Origin: Candidatus Methylomirabilis oxygeniifera
GTDB taxonomy: Bacteria > Methylomirabilota > Methylomirabilia > Methylomirabilales > Methylomirabilaceae
Direction of reading: 5' to 3'
Assembly (NCBI GenBank): GCA_000091165.1
Contig: FP565575.1
Span: forward strand, 390,001-422,000
Length of the DNA: 32,000 nucleotides
Made by a program: the position numbers and the translations under genes. Below the pieces are notes generated by a model. The model had not been told where the DNA came from, did no database searches, and saw only the letters and a list, made by a program, of their open reading frames with translations. This document shows, in pieces, positions 15,788 through 23,730 of the stretch. How positions within the stretch are numbered: the stretch's first letter is position 1; each line of letters starts with the position of its first letter.

Positions 15788-17178
15788 GGCTCCTCCGTGC
15801 AGTGGGTGAAGAGCCAGTCCAGCAGTTCGATGGCCAGATCGATCTCGCCCTTGGTGATATCCAGGCAAGGTGCTAGGCCGAAGACGTTCTTGTAATATCC
15901 CGTGACGTTTAGCACTAACCCCATGGGGCCACGGGATGTTGGAATCCCCCCGGCCAGACCCAACTCGAATATCCGGTTTGCGAGGGGCTGGTTGGGGGTG
16001 AGCCGGTCCGGCTGCGTGACTTCAATACGCAAAGCCAAGCCCAAGCCGGCGACGTCCCCGATCACGGCATGCCGTTTCTTGAGGAGTTCGAGCTGCTCCA
16101 GAAAATAGGCTCCCGATTCGGCCACCTTCCGCTCATAATCCTGCTGCTCGATCCACTGCAGTGTCGCCAGGGCCGCGGCCGTGCCCAACGGATTGGACGA
16201 GTAGGTGGAATGTGTCGACCCAGGCGGAAAGGCCTGGGGAGAGATGAGGGCCTCCTGGGCCCATAACCCGGAGAGGGGATTCAGGCCATTGGTCAAAGTC
16301 TTCCCAAAGACGACAATGTGCGGCTTGACGCCGAAGTGCTCAATCGCCCAAAACTTCCCGGTCCTGAAAAACCCCATCTGGACCTCGTCGTCTACCAGGA
16401 GAATCTTCCGCTCATCCAGAACCTGCTTGAGCCGCAGGAAATACTCGGGGGGCGGTGGAATATATCCTCCTGTGGCCTGCACCGGCTCTACGTAAAATGC
16501 GACAAACTCAGGCTCCTCAGCCTTCGAATCCCAGAATGAGTTATACTCCGTCTCGAACAGCCGCTCGAACTGTTTGACGCAGTAATAGTCGCAGCTCTCC
16601 AGCTTCATGTCGTATGGGCACCGGTAGCAGTACGGGAAGGGAACAAAATGTGCTCGGTTCGAGAAATGGCCGAAGCGTCGTCGGTATCGGTAGCTGGAGG
16701 TGATTTCGGAGGCTCCGAGGGTCCTGCCGTGGTACCCTCCCATAAAGGCCATGAAGAGGGATTTGCCGGTAGTATTGCGCACAATTTTCATCGAGTCTTC
16801 GATGGCCTGGGCGCCCCCCACATTGAAATGCACGCGCCCTTTGATGCCGAAGGCTCGGTGGCATTCGGTCGCCAATCTCTCGGCTGCCAGGACTTTTTCT
16901 TCATGGAGATACTGGCACGCCAATTGGGGCAATTGCTCGAGCTGCGCCTTTACCGCGTCCACGATGTGCTTGTTGCGATAGCCGAAGTTGACCGTCGAGT
17001 ACCACATCTGGAGATCGAGGTACGGCTTGTCCTCGCGGTCATAGAGAAAGCTGCCTTCACAGCCCTGAAAGAACTTCGGCGTAGCCGAGTAGTGTGCCGT
17101 ATCGCCATGCGAGCAGTACTGCGCCTCCTTTTCCCGAAGCGCCTCTTCGCTGAGTCGGGTCTTATCTGTGCGATTCAT
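15784..17178 (-). CDS. Class-III (PLP-dependent) aminotransferase, substrate unknown
   Basis: 464 aa. Contains GGAQAIEDS, GGYHGRT, LLVDDEVQMGFFRTG and VVFGKTLTNG (PLP lysine). ATGA overlaps with the neighbouring gene at both ends. Confidence 0.85.
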   Translation of the reverse strand: MNRTDKTRLSEEALREKEAQYCSHGDTAHYSATPKFFQGCEGSFLYDREDKPYLDLQMWYSTVNFGYRNKHIVDAVKAQLEQLPQLACQYLHEEKVLAAERLATECHRAFGIKGRVHFNVGGAQAIEDSMKIVRNTTGKSLFMAFMGGYHGRTLGASEITSSYRYRRRFGHFSNRAHFVPFPYCYRCPYDMKLESCDYYCVKQFERLFETEYNSFWDSKAEEPEFVAFYVEPVQATGGYIPPPPEYFLRLKQVLDERKILLVDDEVQMGFFRTGKFWAIEHFGVKPHIVVFGKTLTNGLNPLSGLWAQEALISPQAFPPGSTHSTYSSNPLGTAAALATLQWIEQQDYERKVAESGAYFLEQLELLKKRHAVIGDVAGLGLALRIEVTQPDRLTPNQPLANRIFELGLAGGIPTSRGPMGLVLNVTGYYKNVFGLAPCLDITKGEIDLAIELLDWLFTHCTEEP

Positions 17179-17918
17179 GCGAAACAGCTCACCTTTCGAA
17201 AGAGATGTTCAGTGACTTCGGTCAGTGTCTCAAACGGTTCACAGGAGATCCCCTGAAGATCACACCACTCTCGCAGTCCCGCCTTCGCGTAGACCTTTTG
17301 CGCCACAGTCGAGATGCAACGGTCAGATCGTCCGTCTCCGATATAGATTGTCTCTTTGAGCGAGAGGCCGCAAAAGCTAGCCACGGCGCATTTACACGTC
17401 CCGGCTCCAATCCGGCAGTCGGGTGATGCATACGGGGAACCGAGCGAGAAGGACCCGTTTCCATCACAGACCAGACGATTTGAGACGACGGGGATCGAAG
17501 ACAGACCGTACCGACGCAGTACCGCCTCGATGAGCCGATCGATGCCGTCGCTGACGATGATCAACGGGATACCGTGTTGTGCGCACCGTTGCTGGAGTGT
17601 CACGATACCCTTGTCGATGGGGAGAGTAGCCGCAAACTGCATGAGTGTTGACTGATCTGCCTGAATCAACTCCACCTGTCGGGACAGACACTCTCGGCTG
17701 GTGATCTCACCCCGTTCCCATCGACACTGCCATTCGCGGAATGCCGGCAGGGCAAAAGCTTCGAGGATGGCATCGGTGACATCCGTTCTGGTGATGGTCC
17801 CATCGAAATCGCAAAGGACTTGAAAAGCCGGCAGATCGCTCGGCATGCGCAGAGATCGGGAACCTGCTGCCGGCTTCTCTAATTCGGGATAGTTTATTGA
17901 AAGAAGAGTCTGATCCAT
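17175..17918 (-). CDS. HAD-superfamily phosphatase, MtnX/PSPase-like subfamily IB
   Basis: Motif I DFDGTIT, motif III/IV GDGRSD, and a Cys-rich cap. An alternative start at 17846 (MPSDLPAF...) is possible. Confidence 0.75.
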   Translation of the reverse strand: MDQTLLSINYPELEKPAAGSRSLRMPSDLPAFQVLCDFDGTITRTDVTDAILEAFALPAFREWQCRWERGEITSRECLSRQVELIQADQSTLMQFAATLPIDKGIVTLQQRCAQHGIPLIIVSDGIDRLIEAVLRRYGLSSIPVVSNRLVCDGNGSFSLGSPYASPDCRIGAGTCKCAVASFCGLSLKETIYIGDGRSDRCISTVAQKVYAKAGLREWCDLQGISCEPFETLTEVTEHLFRKVSCFA

Positions 17919-18056
17919 ACGTGAGCTACAGCATTCAACCTTTTCTCAATGCTTCGTTCGCCCTTTGTAAAGACCGCGTTCGGCTGAAGCCGTGCAGTCA
18001 CCTCGTTCGACTTACCTGAATCAATGCTGAGCGGCTGCGTCCGAAGTGATTAGAAA

Positions 18057-18443
18057 CTAGGCTGACCGTTGGGCGGGCTCGCTTCCCTGTGCGGGGGAGG
18101 CGGACTCCGAATGGGTCGTTTTACGGGTGTGGACGATGCGATAGCTGGATGGTAACGGAATCGTGAGACGAGAAGTGAGAGAACTGTAATCCGTCGCGGT
18201 GAACAAGAGACTACGCAACGACCCTAACGACGAGGCTGGCGTACGCGCCGCAGGAGGCTTGATCTCTCCGCTGGAATCCGGCATGACTGCTTCGAAACCA
18301 CAGGCCTGTGCACGTTCCCTTGAAGCCGATCCGTCGAGGTCTAACACATTAAAGAGGACGTAGGAGGATGTGACAATCATGCACACAGCAAAGAACGAAA
18401 AGAGATGTCGGAAGCTGACACGCCGCACACTAAACCTACACAT
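18057..18443 (-). CDS. Hypothetical small membrane-anchored protein (one N-terminal TM segment, Ser/Pro/Thr-rich tail)
   Basis: ORF only. Basic N-terminus plus the hydrophobic stretch LFSFFAVCMIVTSSYVLFNVL. No family recognised. Starts 8 nt after a near-consensus -10. Confidence 0.35.
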   Translation of the reverse strand: MCRFSVRRVSFRHLFSFFAVCMIVTSSYVLFNVLDLDGSASRERAQACGFEAVMPDSSGEIKPPAARTPASSLGSLRSLLFTATDYSSLTSRLTIPLPSSYRIVHTRKTTHSESASPAQGSEPAQRSA

Positions 18444-18451
18444 TACAAAAA

Positions 18452-18480
18452 ATAATAGCTCTTTTGCGCCGGGCTGTCAA
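18452..18480 (-). promoter_or_regulatory. Near-consensus sigma70 promoter on the minus strand (TTGACA-17 nt-TATTAT), positioned for a leaderless or near-leaderless transcript
   Basis: Reverse complement of 18475-18480 is TTGACA and of 18452-18457 is TATTAT, with an exact 17-nt spacer. The ATG at 18443 lies 8 nt after the -10. Confidence 0.5.
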
Positions 18481-18565
18481 GGTAATCTCTGTTCTGCCTC
18501 CTGCTAAATTGTTCCATCCACTCCACGCGCATCCTTGGCCTCTTATACTCAATTCCTACGCCTTC

Positions 18566-19525
18566 TTAACGAATCTCGGCTCCTCGATTGAAGGCCTTCG
18601 CTGGAAAGACGTCAGCATGAACCTTTGTAGGCACGACCTCTCTCATCTTTTCCATGATCGATGTGGCCATCTCCAGGTCCTTTGCCAGCCCATAGACCGC
18701 CGGTCCCCAGGAGCTTTGCCCCACCCCTAACGCCCCTGCCTGCGACATTGCCTTGGCCAACGTCGCCCCCTGTGTGGTGGCAAACGTTCCACCCTGAACG
18801 GGTTGAAACCAGTGTCCGACAATTCGCTGAATCATCGTAAGCGATTTGCCGAAGACGACGGGATCGCGTTCGAGCACCGACGGCAGCATCTGCATGAGGA
18901 GAATTCGGCTGAGTCGTCCCGTGTCGGCAGGACGGCCGGCGATTCGGTGAAACGCCCGGACTTCTTGTGCTCCGGCCAGCCCGCGGCCGGCGCGGGGAAT
19001 GGCCACGACAAAAGTCCAGTCTTTCGGAAAGGGGTAGCGAGCGATCATCGGCGGCACACCCTCCACCCTCCACCCTCCACCCTGCACTGCTCTCCGCCCG
19101 GCGTCTACGATAAAGCCGCCCCGCTCGAAGGCGGCGATCCCGATCCCTGACCGACGTCCTCTGCCCATTACGCCTGCCAACTCCCGAACATCAGCGTCGA
19201 CAGAGAACAGGCGAGCCAGCGCAGCAGCGACGCTCAAGGCCAGTTGCGTTCCTGAGCCCAAGCCGATATGGGCAGGGATCGTTGTCTTGACGGAGATATG
19301 TACCGTTTGGCGAATGTTGTAGTGACTGAGGAATTGGCGCGCGAGCGCAAGGACTCGGTCCCTCTCTGTCCCTGTGACCGAGAGGCGATTTGCCGGCATC
19401 GCCTCGAGCATGATCGAGGGTTCGTCGATCGCCAGCCCGATACTCCCAAACTGTCGACCCGATGAGCCGTCGGGGTCGATGAATCCGAAGTGAAGCCTGG
19501 CATGGGCTTTGACCGTTACCTTCAT
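18566..19525 (-). CDS. mptG: Beta-ribofuranosylaminobenzene 5'-phosphate synthase (H4MPT biosynthesis, GHMP-kinase fold)
   Basis: N-terminus MKVTVKAHARLHFGFID and the GHMP motif PAHIGLGSGTQLALS. ATG at 19525 (GTG at 19528 is an alternative), abutting the upstream stop. Confidence 0.85.
   Translation of the reverse strand: MKVTVKAHARLHFGFIDPDGSSGRQFGSIGLAIDEPSIMLEAMPANRLSVTGTERDRVLALARQFLSHYNIRQTVHISVKTTIPAHIGLGSGTQLALSVAAALARLFSVDADVRELAGVMGRGRRSGIGIAAFERGGFIVDAGRRAVQGGGWRVEGVPPMIARYPFPKDWTFVVAIPRAGRGLAGAQEVRAFHRIAGRPADTGRLSRILLMQMLPSVLERDPVVFGKSLTMIQRIVGHWFQPVQGGTFATTQGATLAKAMSQAGALGVGQSSWGPAVYGLAKDLEMATSIMEKMREVVPTKVHADVFPAKAFNRGAEIR
19053..19087 (+). repeat. Heptanucleotide array GGCACAC CCTCCAC CCTCCAC CCTCCAC CCTGCAC inside mptG
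   Basis: Read directly from the sequence. The sense (minus) strand reads GGGTGGAGGGTGGAGGGTGGAGGG and encodes QGGGWRVEGV. Confidence 0.75.
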
Positions 19526-19527
19526 CA

Positions 19528-20073
19528 CTATTGCCGCTCGACGTAATTTTGGAGGTATTGCATCGCCTGGGCTTCCTGCTCCCCCCCGGTTTTCTGCACA
19601 ATCTCAGCCAGGCGGCGATACTCCTGAAGGATCGTTTCCACACCCAGGAACCGGACCCGAGTGGCCAGGATCGCCGCCTCAATAATCGCATTCTTCGCCC
19701 GGTTGAACCCGATGAATTCCCGCAGGACGCCTTTCTTGATGATTTTACAGCGAAAGGTTGCGCGCGGGGAGGTGGTATCGGCGTGCATGACCGAACACTC
19801 GTAATAAGAGCAGGCGTCGGTCAGGACACGGCCGGGAACCAGCTCGGCCGGAAACGCAGGAAACTGAGGGCTGGAGATGGCGCTTTCGGCGAATAGGCGG
19901 ATCGAGTCGGTCAGATTGACGACAGCAGCCCCGGTGGCGACAAGATTCCGATAGGTGGCTGAATCTGTATAGGGGCGGATAAGGATCTCCCCTTCCCTGA
20001 TGGCGACCCCCATCGGGGCACAATTCGCCTCTCCCTCCTCATTCAACGTTGTGACGATACTCTCAATAATCAT
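19528..20073 (-). CDS. DUF447-family protein associated with H4MPT biosynthesis clusters (methylotroph orf19-type)
   Basis: 181-aa product starting MIIESIVTTLNEEG. The start overlaps the upstream stop (TAATG). The longer track ORF (to 20799) overlaps the next gene out of frame. Confidence 0.75.
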   Translation of the reverse strand: MIIESIVTTLNEEGEANCAPMGVAIREGEILIRPYTDSATYRNLVATGAAVVNLTDSIRLFAESAISSPQFPAFPAELVPGRVLTDACSYYECSVMHADTTSPRATFRCKIIKKGVLREFIGFNRAKNAIIEAAILATRVRFLGVETILQEYRRLAEIVQKTGGEQEAQAMQYLQNYVERQ

Positions 20074-21428
20074 TATCCTGTCCCGAGATACCCCCATTTG
20101 AGATCGTCTTCCTGGATATATTTTTTTCCGAGCAGCATTGCTATCCGCGCCTTCATCAGCTCGCGACCCAGGTAAAAGGCGTGACCGACCGGTTCCTGGC
20201 CGAGGTGCGCCGTAAGCTGGTCGAAGATCCGGCGGATGTCGGTCTCCTTGATGAAGAGATCGCGATTGAACACATAGATGGCCTCCCGGTCCGCAAAGAT
20301 CCTGAAGTTCTGGTCCGTCACCATCGGCTGCATCTCCCTCAGTTCTGCTTCGGATGGGCAATCGATCCGTCGGTCCTTGATGGTGAGCAGGCCGTCGTCG
20401 ATATCTTTCGGCAGCACCCCCCGCTGCCGGGCGTAATACATCAGCCGCCGAGCCAGGTCCAACTCGCGGACGGAGCCCCTGGCCCACGAGGCCACCTCGG
20501 TGGTAAGCACATATCGGATCTGCAGCTCCGACATCACCCCTGCGAGGAGCGCATTGATCCCCGTGCTGTCGGCATCGGTCAACTCGGTGATGTTTCCCAC
20601 CCCCATGAGGATCTCGGCCTGCGGGAAGCGGCGTCTCGCCTCGGTGTAGCGGGCGAGCGATTCGGCGAAACCGAAGCCGATCGGCGCGAGAATGGGATCG
20701 ATGAGGTATTGCGTGCTGCTCAGGCGCTCCACGGCTTCGATGTTCGCCGCCAGGGAATCCAGCCCCTTGCCGAAATCGGGGATAATCACCGGGGTGCACT
20801 GTAGATCCGGGGCAAGCTGCAGGTTCAGAGCGTTCAGGCTCAGGAGCAATTCGGCGCCGGCCTTGTCGGCGGCAAGAATCTCCTGCGGATCAAAGCTGTC
20901 GATGCTGACGCGGAACCCTTCAGACCGAAGTGCCGAGACAATCTCACCGACATTACCGGCCGGTCGCGCCGGGATACAGCCGACATCGATGATATCCGCG
21001 CCGCAGGCTGCGTAGTAGCGGGCCTTGCGGAGGATCTCCTCGATCGGCAGGGTGGGGGCGTCGTTGATCTCGGCCAGGATGGTCAGATCATGCCCGCCAT
21101 ACCCCTCCCGTTTCTTCTCGACACCGAAGTAGTAGGGGATATCACGCAGATCCTTCGGCCCCTTTTCGACCTTTACGCCCAACGCCTGCTCCAACTCGCC
21201 AGGTTCCACACGGCAGAGTCCGGGGATCATCAGCAGGTCACAGGATGGTGAGCGGAGCGCATGGAGGATGAAGGGCTGGGTCATCAGGGCGGCCACGCTG
21301 ATCTTGAGGACGGCCACCTCGTGGTCGAAGTCGGCCTGCATGCCTGCCAGCGTTTCTTTCAGGGCACGCTCTGCCAGCTTGCCGGTAATGAAGAGGATCT
21401 TCATGCGCCCGCCGCATTCCGTCGTCAC
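20073..21428 (-). CDS. Dihydropteroate synthase-like (pterin-binding) protein of H4MPT biosynthesis
   Basis: Pterin-binding barrel motifs (GADIIDVG, NALNL, GVGNITELTDADS). GTG at 21428 forms a GTGA overlap with the SDR stop. ATG at 21404 (MKILFITG) is an alternative start. Confidence 0.8.
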   Translation of the reverse strand: MTTECGGRMKILFITGKLAERALKETLAGMQADFDHEVAVLKISVAALMTQPFILHALRSPSCDLLMIPGLCRVEPGELEQALGVKVEKGPKDLRDIPYYFGVEKKREGYGGHDLTILAEINDAPTLPIEEILRKARYYAACGADIIDVGCIPARPAGNVGEIVSALRSEGFRVSIDSFDPQEILAADKAGAELLLSLNALNLQLAPDLQCTPVIIPDFGKGLDSLAANIEAVERLSSTQYLIDPILAPIGFGFAESLARYTEARRRFPQAEILMGVGNITELTDADSTGINALLAGVMSELQIRYVLTTEVASWARGSVRELDLARRLMYYARQRGVLPKDIDDGLLTIKDRRIDCPSEAELREMQPMVTDQNFRIFADREAIYVFNRDLFIKETDIRRIFDQLTAHLGQEPVGHAFYLGRELMKARIAMLLGKKYIQEDDLKWGYLGTG

Positions 21429-22174
21429 ACCCAGAGGCCGCCGTGGACGTGAAGGACCGCCCCTGTCACATATCGCGCCTTCTCGGATGCCAGAAAACTC
21501 ACCGCCTCGGCGATATCGTCGGGAGCGCCCAATCGACCGAGGGGGACCATCCCGGCCCAGGCCGCCTTGTCCTCAGCCTGATACCCGCCATAGGTCTCGG
21601 TCTCGATGAAACCGGGGTTGATGGCGTTGACCCTGATGCCCCAAGGCGCTTCGGATCGCGCCAACGACCTGGTCAACATAATCACGCCGGCCTTGGCGAT
21701 GTAGTAGGCCGGGGCCTCAAAGACCCCGATCGGCGAATGCTCCACATTGAGCGCCCCGATGTTGATGATGCTGCCGCCGCGCCGCTCTCGCATAACCCGC
21801 AGGGCCGCCCTGCTGCAATAAAAGGTGCTGCTCAGGTTACTGTCCAGCGTTCGTCGCCACTCGTCGTCGGTAGTGTCATATAACGTCCGCGTAAGAAACG
21901 GACCAACGTTGTTGACCAGGAGATCAAGGGGGCCAAGTTGGCTGACCGCCGTCTCGATGAGACGGGACGCGCCGGCGGAGACGGAGACATCCGCTTTCAC
22001 AGCCACGGCCTTCACAGGCAGACCCTCGAACTCCAGAAGGGCCGATTGGGCCGTCTCGTCGTCGGCATGATAGTTCAGGACGACGTTGTACCCGTCCTGG
22101 GCAAGGCGGCAGGCAATCGCCTTGCCGATCCCTTTCGTGCCGCCGGTAATCACCGCAACCCGTCGTGACTGCAT
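21425..22174 (-). CDS. Short-chain dehydrogenase/reductase (classical SDR, FabG-like)
   Basis: TGGTKGIG cofactor motif, NNVG, and catalytic YxxxK (YYIAK). AAGGGA SD upstream. Confidence 0.88.
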   Translation of the reverse strand: MQSRRVAVITGGTKGIGKAIACRLAQDGYNVVLNYHADDETAQSALLEFEGLPVKAVAVKADVSVSAGASRLIETAVSQLGPLDLLVNNVGPFLTRTLYDTTDDEWRRTLDSNLSSTFYCSRAALRVMRERRGGSIINIGALNVEHSPIGVFEAPAYYIAKAGVIMLTRSLARSEAPWGIRVNAINPGFIETETYGGYQAEDKAAWAGMVPLGRLGAPDDIAEAVSFLASEKARYVTGAVLHVHGGLWV

Positions 22175-22220
22175 TCGCTTAATCCCTTTGGCAGGAAAAG
22201 CAATTAGCTGTCAACTTCGG

Positions 22221-22259
22221 ACAAACCCCCCTCGCCCCCCTTTCAATAAAGGGGGGTTA
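22221..22259. repeat. REP-like element ACAAACCCCCC..CCCCCCTTT-CAAT-AAAGGGGGGTTA (9-bp hairpin)
   Basis: Perfect 9-bp stem at 22235-22243 / 22248-22256. A close sequence relative lies at 25108-25155. Confidence 0.5.
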
Positions 22260-22394
22260 CGTATGCCGTGGTGCGACCGCGACATCCGTCCTCTGCCCCT
22301 TGAAACCGTATCTTAAGCCCGCCCTGCTGAAACTTCAAGGCGAATCCATCCTTGCGTGTGCGGACAGTGCCATGACCTGCGCCATCAGAATTAC

Positions 22395-22422
22395 TTGACT
22401 AATTTTGGGTGGGATGTAGAAT
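22395..22422 (+). promoter_or_regulatory. Promoter for tRNA-Val (TTGACT-16 nt-TAGAAT)
   Basis: Hexamers at 22395-22400 and 22417-22422. The -10 ends 17 nt before the mature tRNA 5' end. Confidence 0.55.
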
Positions 22423-22439
22423 AAGTTACCCGACAGATT

Positions 22440-22515
22440 GGGCGGTTAGCTCAGTCGGGAGAGCGCCGCCTTCACACGGCGGAGGTCACTGGTTCGATCC
22501 CAGTACCGCCCACCA
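22440..22515 (+). tRNA. tRNA-Val (anticodon CAC), CCA encoded
   Basis: Manual cloverleaf: acceptor GGGCGGT/ACCGCCC, D-stem GCTC/GAGC, anticodon stem CCGCC/GGCGG with loop TTCACAC, T-arm ACTGG-TTCGATC-CCAGT, discriminator A, then CCA. Confidence 0.95.
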
Positions 22516-22520
22516 TGATT

Positions 22521-22550
22521 CCCCTGCCGTCCAGCAGGGGTTTTTTATTT
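22521..22550 (+). terminator. Rho-independent terminator after tRNA-Val
   Basis: CCCCTGC-CGTCCA-GCAGGGG followed by TTTTTTATTT. Confidence 0.8.
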
Positions 22551-22567
22551 ACCCTGACCATTGCAGC

Positions 22568-22596
22568 TTGACATCAGTGGACTCGTTCGGTAGGCT
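22568..22596 (+). promoter_or_regulatory. Possible bio operon promoter (TTGACA-17 nt-TAGGCT)
   Basis: Consensus -35 but a weak -10. Located 56 nt upstream of the bioB ATG. Confidence 0.4.
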
Positions 22597-22651
22597 CCGG
22601 TTTACCTCAGCCTCTCATTGCATGTAAGAATCAATCGCCATCGGGAGAAGC

Positions 22652-23722
22652 ATGGAAGCCGGACAATCTGGTGATGTGACAGCGCGGGTGCGATGGATCG
22701 GCGAGCGGGTACTCGCCGGAGGGACGCCGACGTTTGAGGAGGCCGTCGAGCTCTTCGAACGGCCCGATTACGACGTCCATGAGCTGTTTCAGACAGCAAA
22801 TCGCCTCCGGATGAATCGATTCGGCAACCGGATACATCTGTGCGGCATCGTCAACGCGAAGAGCGGCGGCTGCCCCGAGGACTGTAGCTTCTGCAGCCAG
22901 TCTTCCCGCCAGGCCGCCGAGATCGCGCGATATAGCGTAATCGCACCCGACGAGATGGTTGTGGCCGCCAGGCGGGCGCGCGGGTACGGCGCCTGGGCGC
23001 TTGGCGTAGTGACCGCAGGTCGGGGCTACGATGCGACTTCTGAAGATTTTCGGCAGCTCGTCGAGGGGATTCGGGCTATTTCGCGGGATGGCTCGGCAGA
23101 AGCACACGCCTCCCTCGGGATTATGGGCGACGAGGAGTTCCGACAGCTTAAAACGGCCGGCCTCACGACGTTCAATCACAACCTGGAGACCGGCCGTTCC
23201 TACTTTCCGAACGTCTGTACGACCCACACCTATGACGAGCGGGTCGCGACCATTAAAGCAGCCAAGGCGGCCGGGATCAGGGCGTGCAGCGGCGGGGTCT
23301 TCGGCATGGGTGAGGCCCCCAGACATCGCGCCGAACTGGCCTTTGCCCTGAAAGAGCTGGACGTGGACGAGGTTCCCCTGAATTTTCTGATCGCTGTCGA
23401 TGGCACCAGTCTGGCGAATATCGCCCCGCTCTCACCGCTTGAGATCCTGAAGGTGATCGCGCTGTTTCGCTGGATCCTTCCGACTAAGAACATCTTCATC
23501 TGCGCCGGCCGGCAGCATCTGGGCGAATTGCACCCGATGATCTTTTTTGCCGGCGCAAGCGGAATCATGGTGGGCGACTTTCTGACCACCAGGAACCGAA
23601 GCGTAAGCGACGACCTCAAGATGTTTCATGATCTGGGGCTTGATTGTGGCGAGTCGTTGCTCGCTCCGAAACGCCACGCCCCCACCGCTTCGACAGGCCT
23701 CACCACAGGCGCTGCACTCTGA
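22652..23722 (+). CDS. bioB: Biotin synthase (radical SAM)
   Basis: CPEDCSFCSQS (CxxxCxxC) and overall BioB-like sequence. GGGAGAAG SD upstream. Confidence 0.93.
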   Translation: MEAGQSGDVTARVRWIGERVLAGGTPTFEEAVELFERPDYDVHELFQTANRLRMNRFGNRIHLCGIVNAKSGGCPEDCSFCSQSSRQAAEIARYSVIAPDEMVVAARRARGYGAWALGVVTAGRGYDATSEDFRQLVEGIRAISRDGSAEAHASLGIMGDEEFRQLKTAGLTTFNHNLETGRSYFPNVCTTHTYDERVATIKAAKAAGIRACSGGVFGMGEAPRHRAELAFALKELDVDEVPLNFLIAVDGTSLANIAPLSPLEILKVIALFRWILPTKNIFICAGRQHLGELHPMIFFAGASGIMVGDFLTTRNRSVSDDLKMFHDLGLDCGESLLAPKRHAPTASTGLTTGAAL

Positions 23723-23730
23723 CCCTTGCC

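Noticed and set aside
15788-15868. Upstream start (15868) for the alpha/beta hydrolase
   Set aside because: It would overlap the aminotransferase 3' end by 85 nt. The ATG at 15787 gives an ATGA coupling junction and a normal N-terminus.
20074-20799. N-terminal 242-aa extension of track ORF 19528..20799
   Set aside because: It overlaps the dihydropteroate-synthase-like gene out of frame and is Arg/Pro/Gly-rich. The DUF447-like sequence begins at MIIESIV (ATG 20073), which forms a TAATG junction with the upstream stop.
22175-22215. Promoter for the minus-strand SDR / H4MPT biosynthesis operon (TTGACA on the minus strand at 22214-22209)
   Set aside because: No acceptable -10 hexamer lies at 16-18 nt spacing (CCAAAG), so the call is not supported.
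23644-23730. Upstream start for bioA overlapping bioB
   Set aside because: The extension is Arg/His-rich and overlaps the bioB C-terminus. The ATG at 23731 lies immediately after the bioB stop and precedes the conserved YVWHPFTQM region.
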